The notes: generated by a model from the letters alone, not told the origin. A stretch of 64,000 nucleotides of DNA from Planctomycetota bacterium (GCA_965223265.1 OZ244999.1:4448001-4512000); one strand, 5' to 3'; positions 32,699 through 43,550 are shown, numbered from the stretch's first letter. Program-made: numbers and translations.

Positions 32699-32901
32699 CC
32701 TGACTCAGCTTCCTAACTCAAATTCTTGGCCCAACCGCGCCGCGTAGATTCTCGTCGACACGGCCGGGACCGAAGTGACGCTCAATCCATGAATTCGGCA
32801 CAACATGGCACCGACCCGTACCTGGCAGTGCGCAAAAAAACGCTCTGAGTCGTCGTTAGGGTCATTCGCGCATAGAACCGGTTGCTCGCACGTATTCAAC
32901 G

Positions 32902-32920
32902 CCATAATAGATCATTATGG
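32902..32920. promoter_or_regulatory. Perfect 7-5-7 inverted repeat upstream of ftsH
   Basis: ccataat-agatc-attatgg. Confidence 0.4.
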
Positions 32921-32991
32921 GAAGAATCGTCCGCGATGCCAGTGCACGTTTCGGCTGGTGGGCTCGCTCTCCCGCTCGACACCGGACCCTC

Positions 32992-33501
32992 TTACCACGA
33001 TTCCATCGTGTTCACAATCTTTTCCGCCAAATTGCCAATCGCACGCTCACGCGCGGTTCGCAGGGTCTCACCGATTTCGATGGACACAGGCTCGTTGACG
33101 ACGACTCGCTCACTGCGGCGCTGCGAGTTGACGTAGTCCTCGATCACGAGCTCAACCGTCATATAAAGTCTCGACTCGGTTTTTTCATCAACAGGGCTCT
33201 CGCCGACGACACGTTCGTCGAAACGAGTAATCGCTCCAAAGAGGATAAGGTCGGCTTGCTTCGAATCCACGAGCACGAGTGGGGTGCGCGTCTGAACCTC
33301 CTTGCGCACCGCATCGGTCAGATCGTATTCGAGTTCGCGTCGCAGACGAAACGTACGGTTGTCAAAAATCGGTACCGCAATAGTGCTGACCCCCGGGGTC
33401 TCCTGGTAGCCCATCGAATATCCGCAGCCCAGGAACTCCAATGCGCCCAGGAGCGCGACCACCGGGACGGACAAGACGCAGCGAATCTGCGCACGTGCCA
33501 T
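32992..33501 (-). CDS. lptE: LptE-family lipoprotein
   Basis: Lipobox FLGC-GY; 'TIAVPIFDNRT...LEYDLTDAVRKE...ADLILFGAI...LAEKIV'; adjacent to bamD-like gene. Confidence 0.8.
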   Translation of the reverse strand: MARAQIRCVLSVPVVALLGALEFLGCGYSMGYQETPGVSTIAVPIFDNRTFRLRRELEYDLTDAVRKEVQTRTPLVLVDSKQADLILFGAITRFDERVVGESPVDEKTESRLYMTVELVIEDYVNSQRRSERVVVNEPVSIEIGETLRTARERAIGNLAEKIVNTMESW

Positions 33502-33506
33502 AAAAG

Positions 33507-34613
33507 CTACTCACTCCTCAAGGTCAGGCGATTGAGCTGGCGCTGGATTTCCCGCGCCTCGCGAGCGGCGCTCGAGCTGGTGTAACGGTCGAGTACGAGT
33601 CGCAGATAGATTTCAGCGGCACGTGGCTCGCTCTCGCGAAGGTAGTACTTGGCGATTTCGAGATACTTCTTCGCCAACATTTCAAAGATCGTGTCGAGAT
33701 AGTCGCGAGCATCGCTGGCATAGGGTCCCGGTTCGTCGAGATACCGTCGAAACTCCCTCTCCGCCTGGCTGATCGTCTTTTCATCGTATTCGGCGCCGCG
33801 AATCTGCCGAAACCAGCTGACGCCAAGCTGAAACTGCGCCGTGCTCGCCCAGCTCGAACCGCGGTCTCTCACGCGCTCGTAGATGGGAATTGCCTCCGGG
33901 TACTGGCGCTCGTCAAAGTAGTACTTTCCGATCTCCATGAGCGCCTCGTCCGCGAAGACGAGGTCGCCGTATTCAATGATCAAGCCATCGTCGCCGACGA
34001 GGAGATCGATGCCGTGCCGCGGACAACGGTAGCCAAAGCCAAGCGCAGAGCAGAGCGCTCTTCCGTGCAGGAAGTCCATCGCAATTTCGTAGATACGCTG
34101 GTAACACTGAGAGGCGACGCTCTGCTCAGGCTTCCCCTCACGATAGACTTTGCGGTAATACACCACCGCGTCATCGTATCGACCTAGGTGATAGTAACAC
34201 TCCGCGATGCGAAAGTGCGTGACTGTCTGTGCCGGGATATCGTCGTCTTGCATCTCCTCGAGTTCTAGGAGGCCGACGAGCGCGTCGCTGTGCCGCCCTG
34301 CATCGAACGCTTTTTGCACCTCACCAGCGAGCGATGCGGCGTCGCCCCAATCGCCGTCCGTCGGCTGTAGCCACCCCCTTTCCACCTCCCATGCGTACGC
34401 ACCCGAGCCCTCAATCTCTGCGAGACGCGGTTCGATGTCCTTCACCTCAACAGTTCCCGACGCGCAGCTGAAACTCCCCACGATCACAGCTGGTAACACC
34501 ACCAAACCCACGTGACGCACTGCTCTGGCACCCCGTCTGCGTTCGATGCTCCAGCGGCAATCGGTTGTGGGGCAGCGTGCAGCCAGTTTTTGGAACCATC
34601 TCTTCAGCTTCAC
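33507..34613 (-). CDS. bamD: BamD-like TPR lipoprotein
   Basis: SFSC lipobox; 'YDEKTISQAEREFRRYL', 'LAKKYLEIAKYYL...AAEIYLRLVLDRY'. Confidence 0.72.
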   Translation of the reverse strand: MKLKRWFQKLAARCPTTDCRWSIERRRGARAVRHVGLVVLPAVIVGSFSCASGTVEVKDIEPRLAEIEGSGAYAWEVERGWLQPTDGDWGDAASLAGEVQKAFDAGRHSDALVGLLELEEMQDDDIPAQTVTHFRIAECYYHLGRYDDAVVYYRKVYREGKPEQSVASQCYQRIYEIAMDFLHGRALCSALGFGYRCPRHGIDLLVGDDGLIIEYGDLVFADEALMEIGKYYFDERQYPEAIPIYERVRDRGSSWASTAQFQLGVSWFRQIRGAEYDEKTISQAEREFRRYLDEPGPYASDARDYLDTIFEMLAKKYLEIAKYYLRESEPRAAEIYLRLVLDRYTSSSAAREAREIQRQLNRLTLRSE

Positions 34614-34626
34614 AGTTCGCCGTTCC

Positions 34627-35433
34627 TCAAGTGTTGACTCGCGCGCGACGCCATGGCCGCGTTCGTCTGCTGCGACGCAGCCCGAGCTGCTCCGAAGTTA
34701 GTTCACGCTCCAAGAGGCGAGTCCTCAGATCCTTGACCGCACGGCAGAGAAAGCGCTCGTGGCTTTGCCAATCATTGCAGACCTCGGGATCAAAGACGAT
34801 GCTTGTGGACTCCGCCATCCGGTCCATGAAGCGCACCGCGCGTCCGGGCACGCACGATGCCCGCAGCTGGGCTCGCCGCTGGCGACACGCCCGACATAAC
34901 AGCCCACCGGCGTCGAAGGAAAAATAGACGTCGCCGTCGGTACGCGGCCAAACGCGACCGCATCCCAGACACTCCGCGAGCGGCGGCAGCAACCCGAGAA
35001 GCCGCAGAGCACGGAGATCGAAGCGCGCCAAGACTGCCGGGATCAAGGATTCGTGGCCTGCCTCAAGTCGGTGCAGCACGTCGACCATGTGGCGAAAAAG
35101 CGCGGCCTCGCCCGTACCATAAGTGGCCACGAGACGGATGAACTCGAGGACGTGAAGACAGCCGCGATATCGTGCCCAAGAGCTTCGCAGCCCACGAAAC
35201 CCGTCCTCAACGGTCGACTCAACCAGCGTCGACAGCCCAGTGGCACGATCGAAGAACACTGCACGATAGAGGACAGCCAAGTCGAACGGCCCCTGAAAGG
35301 AGCTCTTCGGGCGATGGGCGCCCTTGGCGATGCCTTCGAGCAAACCGACCTCCTCTGTGTACAGCGCGACGACTTGGCTCGTATTGCTATACTCGGTGCA
35401 GCGGATCGGAATCGCCAGTGTCTCGCGCCGCAT
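34627..35433 (-). CDS. recO: DNA repair protein
   Basis: YSNTSQVVALYT...GIAKGAHRPKS; zinc finger CLGC...GGLLCRAC. Confidence 0.92.
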   Translation of the reverse strand: MRRETLAIPIRCTEYSNTSQVVALYTEEVGLLEGIAKGAHRPKSSFQGPFDLAVLYRAVFFDRATGLSTLVESTVEDGFRGLRSSWARYRGCLHVLEFIRLVATYGTGEAALFRHMVDVLHRLEAGHESLIPAVLARFDLRALRLLGLLPPLAECLGCGRVWPRTDGDVYFSFDAGGLLCRACRQRRAQLRASCVPGRAVRFMDRMAESTSIVFDPEVCNDWQSHERFLCRAVKDLRTRLLERELTSEQLGLRRSRRTRPWRRARVNT

Positions 35434-35436
35434 AGA

Positions 35437-36825
35437 TCACTCCCCGGCTTCTATGCCAGCTTTGGGTACATCGGGAAGCTCGATTCGCAAACGGCGAATA
35501 CGGGTCTTGTCAGCCGCCGTGACCAGGAGGCGCACCGACGATCCAAGCTTGTGGACTTCGCCGACCGTTGGGATACGCCCCATCTGGGCGAACACCAGCC
35601 CGCCGATGGTTTCATAGGTGTCATCTTCCGGCAGATCGATGCCAAGTTGCTCATTTAAGTCATCGACGTGAAGAGCAGCGTCCACTTCGACCACGTTTGG
35701 TGCCACTCGAGTGAGAGACTCACCGGCGACGACGTCATGCTCATCGATAATGTCGCCAACAATCTCTTCAACGATGTCTTCGATCGTGATCAAACCTGTC
35801 GTGCCGCCTTGCGCGTCGCGCACAATTGCGATGTGAAAGCGCTGTGTCTTGAACTTCTGCAGCAACTCCCCGATGTTCTCATCTGGCGAAACGTAGTGAG
35901 GCTCACGCACGAGCTTCGGCAAGTCGACGGCCGCATCGTGAAGCAGGTCCTTAACGTACAGGATTCCGACGATGTTATCCTTCGACCCCTGATAAACGGG
36001 AATCCTCGAGTGGCCACACGCCGCCGCCAGCTTGACGTTCTCTTCGAACGGATCATCAACGTCGAGACAGACCATCTCGGTCCGCGGGGTCAGCACTTCT
36101 GAGACGGTTTTGCCGCCGAAGCTGATAATCGACTCGATCATGTCGATATCACGCGACGCGAGAAGTCCATCGCGCTCACCCTCTTCGGCCACGGAGAGGA
36201 TTTCCTCTTCGAGCGCGTCGACACTCGGCGTGTCCATTTTTCCACCGACGACTGCTACCCCAACGCGCACGACGCCCTGAAAAGCGCGTCGGAAAGGTGA
36301 TGAGACGCGGTAGACGAGATCAATCGTTCGCAGCATTCGTAGCACCCACGATTCGGGGCGCACGCGAGACAGGATCCAGGGCAAGACCTCGAGGAAGATC
36401 ACGAAGATCACGAGGACTTCCACGGTTAAACGCAGAGCCGCTAAAGCCTGTGTCGAGAAGGGTGAAGTAACGACATCCGCGTCGGCAGCGTCGCCGACCG
36501 CAAACCAAGCACGCGGATCGGCCAAAACACGTCCGAACGTCAAGGTCAACACTAGCCCCAATCGCAGCAGCAGATCGAGGCTTCGCAAGCTCGACAGGTA
36601 TTCGTCGCGGTGATCGAGGTAACGCGCCAGCTCACCATGCCGATCCTTGGGAGCTTCGGTGAACAGCTTCTTGCGTGAAAAAACGTCGAGCACGCGCCGG
36701 CAAAGCGAGGCATAGACACCGGCCACCAAGAGACAGATCGCTGGAATCAGCCAGCGGAGATCAAATCCCGCGTACAGATAGGTCTCATCGACGATCAACT
36801 CTGCTAACAGCAAGCCGTCGTTCAT
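35437..36825 (-). CDS. CNNM/HlyC/CorC-family CBS-domain protein
   Basis: TM region with 'IFLEVLP', TPRTEM, GHSRIPVY, TIEDIVEEIVGDI, YETIGG. Confidence 0.9.
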   Translation of the reverse strand: MNDGLLLAELIVDETYLYAGFDLRWLIPAICLLVAGVYASLCRRVLDVFSRKKLFTEAPKDRHGELARYLDHRDEYLSSLRSLDLLLRLGLVLTLTFGRVLADPRAWFAVGDAADADVVTSPFSTQALAALRLTVEVLVIFVIFLEVLPWILSRVRPESWVLRMLRTIDLVYRVSSPFRRAFQGVVRVGVAVVGGKMDTPSVDALEEEILSVAEEGERDGLLASRDIDMIESIISFGGKTVSEVLTPRTEMVCLDVDDPFEENVKLAAACGHSRIPVYQGSKDNIVGILYVKDLLHDAAVDLPKLVREPHYVSPDENIGELLQKFKTQRFHIAIVRDAQGGTTGLITIEDIVEEIVGDIIDEHDVVAGESLTRVAPNVVEVDAALHVDDLNEQLGIDLPEDDTYETIGGLVFAQMGRIPTVGEVHKLGSSVRLLVTAADKTRIRRLRIELPDVPKAGIEAGE

Positions 36826-38015
36826 CGCTCAAATAGCGGCAGATAGCCGAGAGGGACCTCTAGGATCAACAGCGCGACAGCCGTAGCGTACTCTCTTCCG
36901 AACGTACTCTCCCAAGCGCCCTCAGCGTTTTGGGTTCGCAGCAAATGTCGGCGCACGTCGGTAAGCCAGTTTTGCCAGAGATCGCCACCGCGTCGGTAAA
37001 ACGCCTGTGCAGCATAGAAGTTCGAGTAGTAGGGGTACTCCTCCGAAGCAGGATTCCACGCGTCCTTCGGACGTCTCTTCAGGTGACGCTGCAAATACTC
37101 GAGTCCGAGCGCCAATTCACGCGAGTCATACACGCCAGCGGCGTGCATCGTCGATACGGCAGCAGCCGTCAACGCGTACGTCCGCTGCTCCGGTTTGTTC
37201 AACGCGTACGCAACACTTCCGTCCTTGTGCTGGCAGCGCTTGACATATCGCATCGCAGACTTGATGCGCAGCGCAGCCACCTGAAAACCGGCGTCACGCG
37301 CCGACCTCAAGGCTTGCAGCGCACAGACTGTCACAGAAGCTTCATCTTGATTGTCTGAGTTGTTTGGCTCGTAGTACCATCCACCCTCACGGCTCTGCGC
37401 TCGTTCGATTACCCGGACCCCGCGCTCAACGACTCCCGAAACGCGCTGATCCAGCTCCGGGGACAAAGATCCAACGGCTTGCGTCAAAAGCAGGATCGCA
37501 TAGCAATGACCATGCATTCGACTGCTGCTCTCACCGCCGTCGGTGATGTAGCCGCTCACGGCTCCAACGCCAAATGAGCGCTGTTCGCTGGCGACGATGT
37601 AGCGAATGCAGCCCTCCAACAATCGACTGTAGCGACCTTCTCGTGGTAGATGTCCGGAGCCCAGCACCGCGAGGCCGGTCAAACTCGTGACGGCAACAGG
37701 AAAGGCGGACCCGACCGCGCCAGTCTGCTCTACCTGCTGGCGTTCGAGAAAGCCAAGCCCGCGCTGCACGGCTTCCGCTACGTCAGGCGGCCAGTCCAGT
37801 CGACGCGACGCGACAACCTCCGGGGTCGGCTGAACCTCAGGTGTTTGCGCGGATGCAATCGTCAGCCAGCTGAGACCGCACAGCAGCGCGAGGAGAGCCG
37901 TGATCACGAGGCGCACACCGCGGCGCGTGAGCCGCGTCCTACCCACCGCGCCAACCCGTAACCTCCGCCCCCACGCGCCGTGCGCGTCCAAAAACTCGTG
38001 TGGCTCTTCTTCCAT
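36822..38015 (-). CDS. Exported prenyltransferase/squalene-oxidase-repeat (QW-repeat) protein
   Basis: Signal peptide ending ASA-Q; AQSREGGW, CQHKDGS, TQNAEGAW; SVTVCALQALRSARDAG. Confidence 0.85.
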   Translation of the reverse strand: MEEEPHEFLDAHGAWGRRLRVGAVGRTRLTRRGVRLVITALLALLCGLSWLTIASAQTPEVQPTPEVVASRRLDWPPDVAEAVQRGLGFLERQQVEQTGAVGSAFPVAVTSLTGLAVLGSGHLPREGRYSRLLEGCIRYIVASEQRSFGVGAVSGYITDGGESSSRMHGHCYAILLLTQAVGSLSPELDQRVSGVVERGVRVIERAQSREGGWYYEPNNSDNQDEASVTVCALQALRSARDAGFQVAALRIKSAMRYVKRCQHKDGSVAYALNKPEQRTYALTAAAVSTMHAAGVYDSRELALGLEYLQRHLKRRPKDAWNPASEEYPYYSNFYAAQAFYRRGGDLWQNWLTDVRRHLLRTQNAEGAWESTFGREYATAVALLILEVPLGYLPLFER

Positions 38016-38087
38016 CGAACTCTCGAAAGCCCTAACGGTTCGCGCTGTGCGACCTACGCAACGCGAGTCTCGCCCCTTTGTCGCATC

Positions 38088-41000
38088 CTATTCGTCGGAC
38101 TTCAACTCCGGATCCCCCACTGGGTTTTCGCCTTCGCCGTCCGTCTCTTCGGTGCCCGGCCGTCCTGCGGCCTTTTCGAACTCCCGCAAGACAGCGTTGA
38201 GCATCTCTGAGACGCTCTGCTGCTTCTGAGACAGTCGATCGAGCGCCCTGCCCCACGCCTCAGAGGGTTCCCCGTCTGACGCCGCCCGAAACTCTTCCAG
38301 TTCCTCCGTCTTGCCGTTGACGCCGGTTTGGAGATCACGAAGCATGAGCAGCTCCGCCATCATCGAGACGAGGCGTTGCTGATCGCCACCTGGGCCGGGC
38401 TGCTGCTGCTCCTGTTGCTGCTGCTCCTGTTGCTTTTGCAGTCGCTCCATCTCTTCCTTAACGGCCTGCATCAACCGCTCGAGTTCGCTGATCACCTCGG
38501 TGGCCAGGAACTGGGTGTAGTCCCCGGTATCAAGCTCCCGCAGATTGTTTTCGATCTGCTTCATGTCCGCGCCGATGCTCTCCATGACGAACGAGAAGAC
38601 ATGTGCAGACTCGGCGGCCAAACGGTCCTTAAGACCGCCGGCACGGCCGGCCAGTTCGGCCTGATCGGCCGCCAATTTGACCAGCCGCTTCTTTAGCTGC
38701 CGCTCTCCGCGTCGCCCGAGCCCACCGCGGCGTGCTTGTCGCTTTTCATGCTCGGTGACGACGGACTCGAGAACAGCCTCTTCCCCGCGCTTCATGTCGT
38801 CGAGCTCTTGAAGGACGTCCTGCATCTCCTGTTCGCGTTTCAGCTGCGCCAGCCTCTCCTCTTCCTCCTCCAACTCGTCGGCAACTTCCTTGAGCTTTTC
38901 GAGCGCCGCCTCCTGAGACTCCGCGGCGCCCTCAGCATCCTCTTGCGACATTTGCTCGCTGGCCTGCTGCATGTCACCCGCTGCGTCCTGAAGCTGGCCT
39001 TTCTGCTGCTGATTGGACGGCTCGCCGAGCTGTCCAACCTTCTCCGCTGCCGCGCGCGTCTGACCCGCCAACTCGTCCTGCGCCTGACGATCCTTCTGCA
39101 GCTTTCGGCGTTCGAGTCGCTCGAGCGCCTCACGCTTCTCGCTTTCTATCGACTTCTTCGCGGCCTCGAGTCGTTCGAGAGCCTCTTTTTGCTGCTTCTT
39201 CATCATCTGACGCTTCCCCTGCTCTGCAGCGTCGGAAGCCGCTTCCATGGCCGCCGCAGCCTGGCGTAAAGCCTCCCGGGCAGCCTCGATCTCTTCGCTC
39301 TCGTCGGGTCCCTTCTTTTTCTTCAGCTCGTCGAGCTCGTTGGCGGCCTCCTTCGCCTGACGCCTGAGCTCACGCTCGAGATCAGCTTGTCGCTGCAGAT
39401 CATCCCGAGCGCCGAGCCTCTCGGCGGCCTCATCGAGTGCCTTCGCGGCCTGACTCAACTGCGCCTCGGCCTGCTCCCCTTGCGCCTTGGCCTGGGCTTG
39501 CTCGCCGCCGGCAAGCGATTCGGTGACCTTCCTCATCGCCTTCTCTGCCGCCTTCATGAGCTGCGAGGCCTGCTCCATTCCCGACTTCGCGGCCGAGCTG
39601 CTCGCCTCCGATGCCTGCTGTTCTGCCTTCGCGGCGGCTGACGCCGTCTCGCGCTGCAGGAGTCCTTGCTCCTGAGACAACGCCGCCGTCTCCGCGGCGT
39701 TGCCGTCCCGCGCACGCTCTAGCTGCTCGCGCACGGCCTCCTCAGCCGCACGGAGCTGGCGCACAGCCTCGTCACTTTGGCGCGCAGCCTCGGCGTGATC
39801 CTCAGACGCATCCGCAGCGGCAGTTTTCTCCGTAGCGCTCTGCGCCTGAGACACCGCTTGACTGGCGTCGGCGGCGACACTCGATTCAAGGCGCGAAGCG
39901 ATTTTGGCGAGCTGTTTCTGCAGAGAAGCGGCGCGCTCGGCGAGTGAGGAAGAAGAATCAGAATCGGTATCAGAGTCAGAGTCGGTATCAGAGTCAGAGG
40001 CAGAGTCAGAGGCAGAGTCGGAATCGGAGTCCGTATCTGAGCCGGAGTCAGAGGCAGAATCCGAGTCAGACTCTGAGTCTGTATCCGTCTCTGAATCTGA
40101 TTCTGCATCTGCCTCTGACTCTGATTCTGTATCTGTATCTGTATCTGTATCTGTATCTGTATCTGACTCTGACCCTGAATCTGCACCCGTCTCAGAATCT
40201 GAACCCGAGTCTGTCTTCGCTCCCGGCTTTGTGCTCTTGCGTGCTTTAGCCTCGGCCTGTTTTCGGATCGATTCAGCCTTCTTTGCGGCGGCCTCGAGGT
40301 CGCTGAGGACCGCCTCCAACTCTGCAAGCGGGCGCGATTCTTCAGAGAGAGTCTGCTGCGCCTTTTGGTTCCAGCTCTGCTGCGCCTTGGCGAGCTGCGC
40401 CACGCGGCGCTGCGCCGCCTCGATCGCGGCTCTCTCGCGGGCTTCAAGCTCGGGATCTATCCGGCTCGGATCTTCGCCCTCAACGGCCTTCCTCTGCTTT
40501 TCGGCCAGATCTTCGATGTCCTCTGTGAGAGCCTCCATGCGCTCGGCGTCTTGCTTCTGGCTCTGCCTCTCTCTCGTCTTTTCCAGCAGCTTTCGCTGCG
40601 CGCTCGCGAGCTTCGACGCCAACTCTCGCGCCAACTGCAGACCGTCGAGTTTCTTTTGGAGAGCCTCGCGGTCGAAGCTGTTGTCCTCCAAAAACTCAAT
40701 CAACGCGTCGAGCTTCTCGAGAGCTCCAGCCTGATTAAGAACCGCCTCCAGCGCGTCCGCCTCACCAAGGGCAGAGGATGCCCGGCCGAGCAAATCCTCG
40801 AGACGTTCGGCCTGGATCATCTCCACCGCCTCGCCGAGACGCCTGGCATCGCTCGCTTGCTCTTCAGTTCCGGAATTCATCGTCTTCGAGAACTCCTGCA
40901 TGCGCGCACGCAAATCGGTCAACACCTCTCGCACAGTGGACTGCTGTTGAGCGAGCGACTCGAGCTCCCTTCCGGTGTCAGCCTCCTGTCCCGCCAGGTG

Positions 41001-41156
41001 CGGTGCGATGCTGCTTGCAATCAAGATGAAGAGGCACAAAACGACGCGGAGACCGAGTGCGTCGAGGAGGTGGAAATTGCAGCACGGCACGACGCCTGCT
41101 CGGCGGCGAATCGGTTGCCTCGTAGAGATCGAGTTGGGCGCAAGAAATCTCGTCAT
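38088..41156 (-). CDS. Long coiled-coil protein (DUF4175-like) with SD/DT-repeat insert
   Basis: N-terminal hydrophobic segment; A/E/Q/K-rich heptads ('A...Q..A...L' units); poly-Q linker; C-terminal '[10 protein letters not shown]'. Confidence 0.8.
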   Translation of the reverse strand: MTRFLAPNSISTRQPIRRRAGVVPCCNFHLLDALGLRVVLCLFILIASSIAPHLAGQEADTGRELESLAQQQSTVREVLTDLRARMQEFSKTMNSGTEEQASDARRLGEAVEMIQAERLEDLLGRASSALGEADALEAVLNQAGALEKLDALIEFLEDNSFDREALQKKLDGLQLARELASKLASAQRKLLEKTRERQSQKQDAERMEALTEDIEDLAEKQRKAVEGEDPSRIDPELEARERAAIEAAQRRVAQLAKAQQSWNQKAQQTLSEESRPLAELEAVLSDLEAAAKKAESIRKQAEAKARKSTKPGAKTDSGSDSETGADSGSESDTDTDTDTDTDTESESEADAESDSETDTDSESDSDSASDSGSDTDSDSDSASDSASDSDTDSDSDTDSDSSSSLAERAASLQKQLAKIASRLESSVAADASQAVSQAQSATEKTAAADASEDHAEAARQSDEAVRQLRAAEEAVREQLERARDGNAAETAALSQEQGLLQRETASAAAKAEQQASEASSSAAKSGMEQASQLMKAAEKAMRKVTESLAGGEQAQAKAQGEQAEAQLSQAAKALDEAAERLGARDDLQRQADLERELRRQAKEAANELDELKKKKGPDESEEIEAAREALRQAAAAMEAASDAAEQGKRQMMKKQQKEALERLEAAKKSIESEKREALERLERRKLQKDRQAQDELAGQTRAAAEKVGQLGEPSNQQQKGQLQDAAGDMQQASEQMSQEDAEGAAESQEAALEKLKEVADELEEEEERLAQLKREQEMQDVLQELDDMKRGEEAVLESVVTEHEKRQARRGGLGRRGERQLKKRLVKLAADQAELAGRAGGLKDRLAAESAHVFSFVMESIGADMKQIENNLRELDTGDYTQFLATEVISELERLMQAVKEEMERLQKQQEQQQQEQQQPGPGGDQQRLVSMMAELLMLRDLQTGVNGKTEELEEFRAASDGEPSEAWGRALDRLSQKQQSVSEMLNAVLREFEKAAGRPGTEETDGEGENPVGDPELKSDE
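39945..40215. repeat. Ser/Asp/Thr dipeptide coding repeat, including (TCTGTA)6 at 40126-40161
   Basis: Visible 6-bp periodicity; encodes DSGSDSE...[12 protein letters not shown]...DSDSDSASD. Confidence 0.95.
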
Positions 41157-41223
41157 GGTGAGACTGGCCTGTCTGTTGTCAGGTTTCGAGCCCCGCGTGT
41201 CGACGCTGGGGCTTCCTCACAGG

Positions 41224-43512
41224 TCACTTGGTGTTCATTACAGCACGTGTTTTGTCGAGGAGTTGTTGCTGCGCTTGCCGAAGTTCACGCAGACGCTCGA
41301 CAAACGCGTTCACATCGCTGAAGTTGGTCATACGTGCAATCAACAGCTCGAGATCATTCTCCAACCGCCGCTGCGCACTCACGATCGACTGCGGAGAGAC
41401 TTCGGCGGCGACGCTCTGCTCCCGGTCCACCAACTCGCGAAGCTGGACGAAAGACGCGTCGATCGCCGGCGCACGATCGGAGGCGAGCTGACCGATCTCA
41501 CGCCCTAAGCTGCGCACCCACTCGCGCCAACGCAGCTCACCGACAACGTTGTCGGCTGCGCGCTGCAGAAGGTCAGCGATCGTCTGCGCCTGACGCTCAA
41601 GCCCAGCGCGAACACGTCCTTGATCGTTTCCAAGACGGTAGATCTGATTGATTTGCCCGCGACCAACGCTACCGCCGATTCGGGCGTGATCGCGCAATTC
41701 TTCGGTGTCCTTGCGAACCGATGCTTGACGCTCGCGCAGCTCCTCGAGTGCGTCGCGCACACTGCCGAGTTGACGATTCAGGGCTTGCGTGAGTTCCTCA
41801 GGGCTCACGACTCGAAAGAACTGTGGGTCGGTTTCCCCCAGATTGCCGGCGTGATCGCGCATCTGCAGAATGAACTGCAAACGGGCGTCCGGTTCGAGAC
41901 GATCAGGCGTCTGCCCCACTAGTTCCGCAAGTGGACGTCGCAGCTCGCACACGTAGGTGCGGTCGCCCCGGCGACCACTCACGGAGATGCCGCGCCCTGG
42001 CGCTTCCGGTGTGTCGGTGGACTTGGACAACGTAACCTCAAGAGGGATCTCAAGGTCACGGCCTGCTTCCTCCCCCTTAGGGATGAATGTAGCTGCGACC
42101 TGGCCACTCTCGATGCCATAGTCGTCGGATGCGCGCGCGCGGATCGTCACGGTGGCCTGTGGGGTTACGTCCTCCAAGATCGCTACAGGTCGTTCGACGA
42201 CGACCGCCGGGGAACGATCAGGAAGGGCCTCGATGCGGAACTTTTCCGGATCGAGACTTCGGAAGCCATCAACGGTTTCGAGCTGTATGAAATAGTAGCC
42301 ACTCGCCTCGACCGTGAACTCGCCAGAGAAAAAACGTTCTTCGCGCACGGCGAGTTGAACAGCGTCAGGATGCGGCCACACCGGCTCCGTCGCCGGACGC
42401 TCAATATTGTCGCTTGCCATGCCGACGACGCGCCGCCTCTCCTCCACGACGGCGTATGCGGCCTGCACCGGTCCATTGGCCGCCATATCGAATCGGACTC
42501 GAGTTCCGACCGGAACCTTCAAATTGCCAAAGCGAACCGGCTCGTCCGGCGGCGTCGAGGCGAGCCCAAGATAGGCAGGAAACTCGAACCAGAGCCGGAT
42601 CGATTCCATGTCGAGCCGTGGCCGCAGCCGCACCTCCACCAGGAACGGACCGAGTGACGCGTCCCCTCCTTCGACGGTGAAGGAGAACGGCCTTGAGACG
42701 TTTTGAAAGGTCTTCGTGAACAACCCGTCGGTGGTCTCCGACATGGAATCGACGTACTCCTTGCCACCTTCAGAAGTGGAGGTCACGGTGACAAGCGAAG
42801 GACGTCGGCGCAGTGAACGCACAGTGATCGGCAGGTCGTCACCGACAGCTACCACGACCGGTCGCTGCGACGGCGACTCCAACTCAAGCTCGTTCATCTG
42901 CGGCCACGTCAGATTCGTCAGGAGTAGATTCCTCTGCAGCCAAACCGATGCAAGGTCAGGTCGCCAAAACGCGGCGCCAACGAGCACGGCGAGCACCACA
43001 CCGGCCGCCGCGAAGCGCCGCCAAACCGGCGCCTGGTTCACGACGCGCGACGTTCCCAGTCGCACCACGCGACTCTCCACATCCTGAACAACCGCCGCGA
43101 GCAAGTCGGTGGACACGTAGCGCGCGGTCTCACCACCTCGCGACAATTCCACGGCCGTGACGAGCGACTGCTGCAGCTCGGGATAGCTTCGCTCGAGAAG
43201 CGCAGCCAATTCGCTGTAGTCGAATGAGCGCTGAAGCGGGGCCAGCACCTTTCTTCGAAACGCCACAACGAGTGTCGCAGCGAACAACCCAACCAGGATC
43301 GCCCTCACCCCCCAAGGCAAACGCAAGCTGTAGTCGAGCACAAACGATACAGCGACGGCGGCGAGTGCAATCAAAACGATCGCACCGAGACCATCGAGCA
43401 ACAGAGCCCTTTTCAGTCGCCGCCGCAACTGATCGAGCACAGCGAATGCACGACGCGGCTTGCTGGCGCTCGCAGGCGACGACGAATTCAGCGATGAATG
43501 ATCTTCTTGCAT
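41224..43512 (-). CDS. Membrane protein with 3 TM helices, Ig-like domains and coiled-coil tail (DUF4175 N-terminal-like)
   Basis: 'LERSYPELQQSLVTAVEL', 'PDRSPAVVVERP', 'ASDDYGI' motifs. Confidence 0.8.
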   Translation of the reverse strand: MQEDHSSLNSSSPASASKPRRAFAVLDQLRRRLKRALLLDGLGAIVLIALAAVAVSFVLDYSLRLPWGVRAILVGLFAATLVVAFRRKVLAPLQRSFDYSELAALLERSYPELQQSLVTAVELSRGGETARYVSTDLLAAVVQDVESRVVRLGTSRVVNQAPVWRRFAAAGVVLAVLVGAAFWRPDLASVWLQRNLLLTNLTWPQMNELELESPSQRPVVVAVGDDLPITVRSLRRRPSLVTVTSTSEGGKEYVDSMSETTDGLFTKTFQNVSRPFSFTVEGGDASLGPFLVEVRLRPRLDMESIRLWFEFPAYLGLASTPPDEPVRFGNLKVPVGTRVRFDMAANGPVQAAYAVVEERRRVVGMASDNIERPATEPVWPHPDAVQLAVREERFFSGEFTVEASGYYFIQLETVDGFRSLDPEKFRIEALPDRSPAVVVERPVAILEDVTPQATVTIRARASDDYGIESGQVAATFIPKGEEAGRDLEIPLEVTLSKSTDTPEAPGRGISVSGRRGDRTYVCELRRPLAELVGQTPDRLEPDARLQFILQMRDHAGNLGETDPQFFRVVSPEELTQALNRQLGSVRDALEELRERQASVRKDTEELRDHARIGGSVGRGQINQIYRLGNDQGRVRAGLERQAQTIADLLQRAADNVVGELRWREWVRSLGREIGQLASDRAPAIDASFVQLRELVDREQSVAAEVSPQSIVSAQRRLENDLELLIARMTNFSDVNAFVERLRELRQAQQQLLDKTRAVMNTK

Positions 43513-43550
43513 GAGGTTTCTGGCGCTAAGTCGCGAAAGTCAAAACGCAA

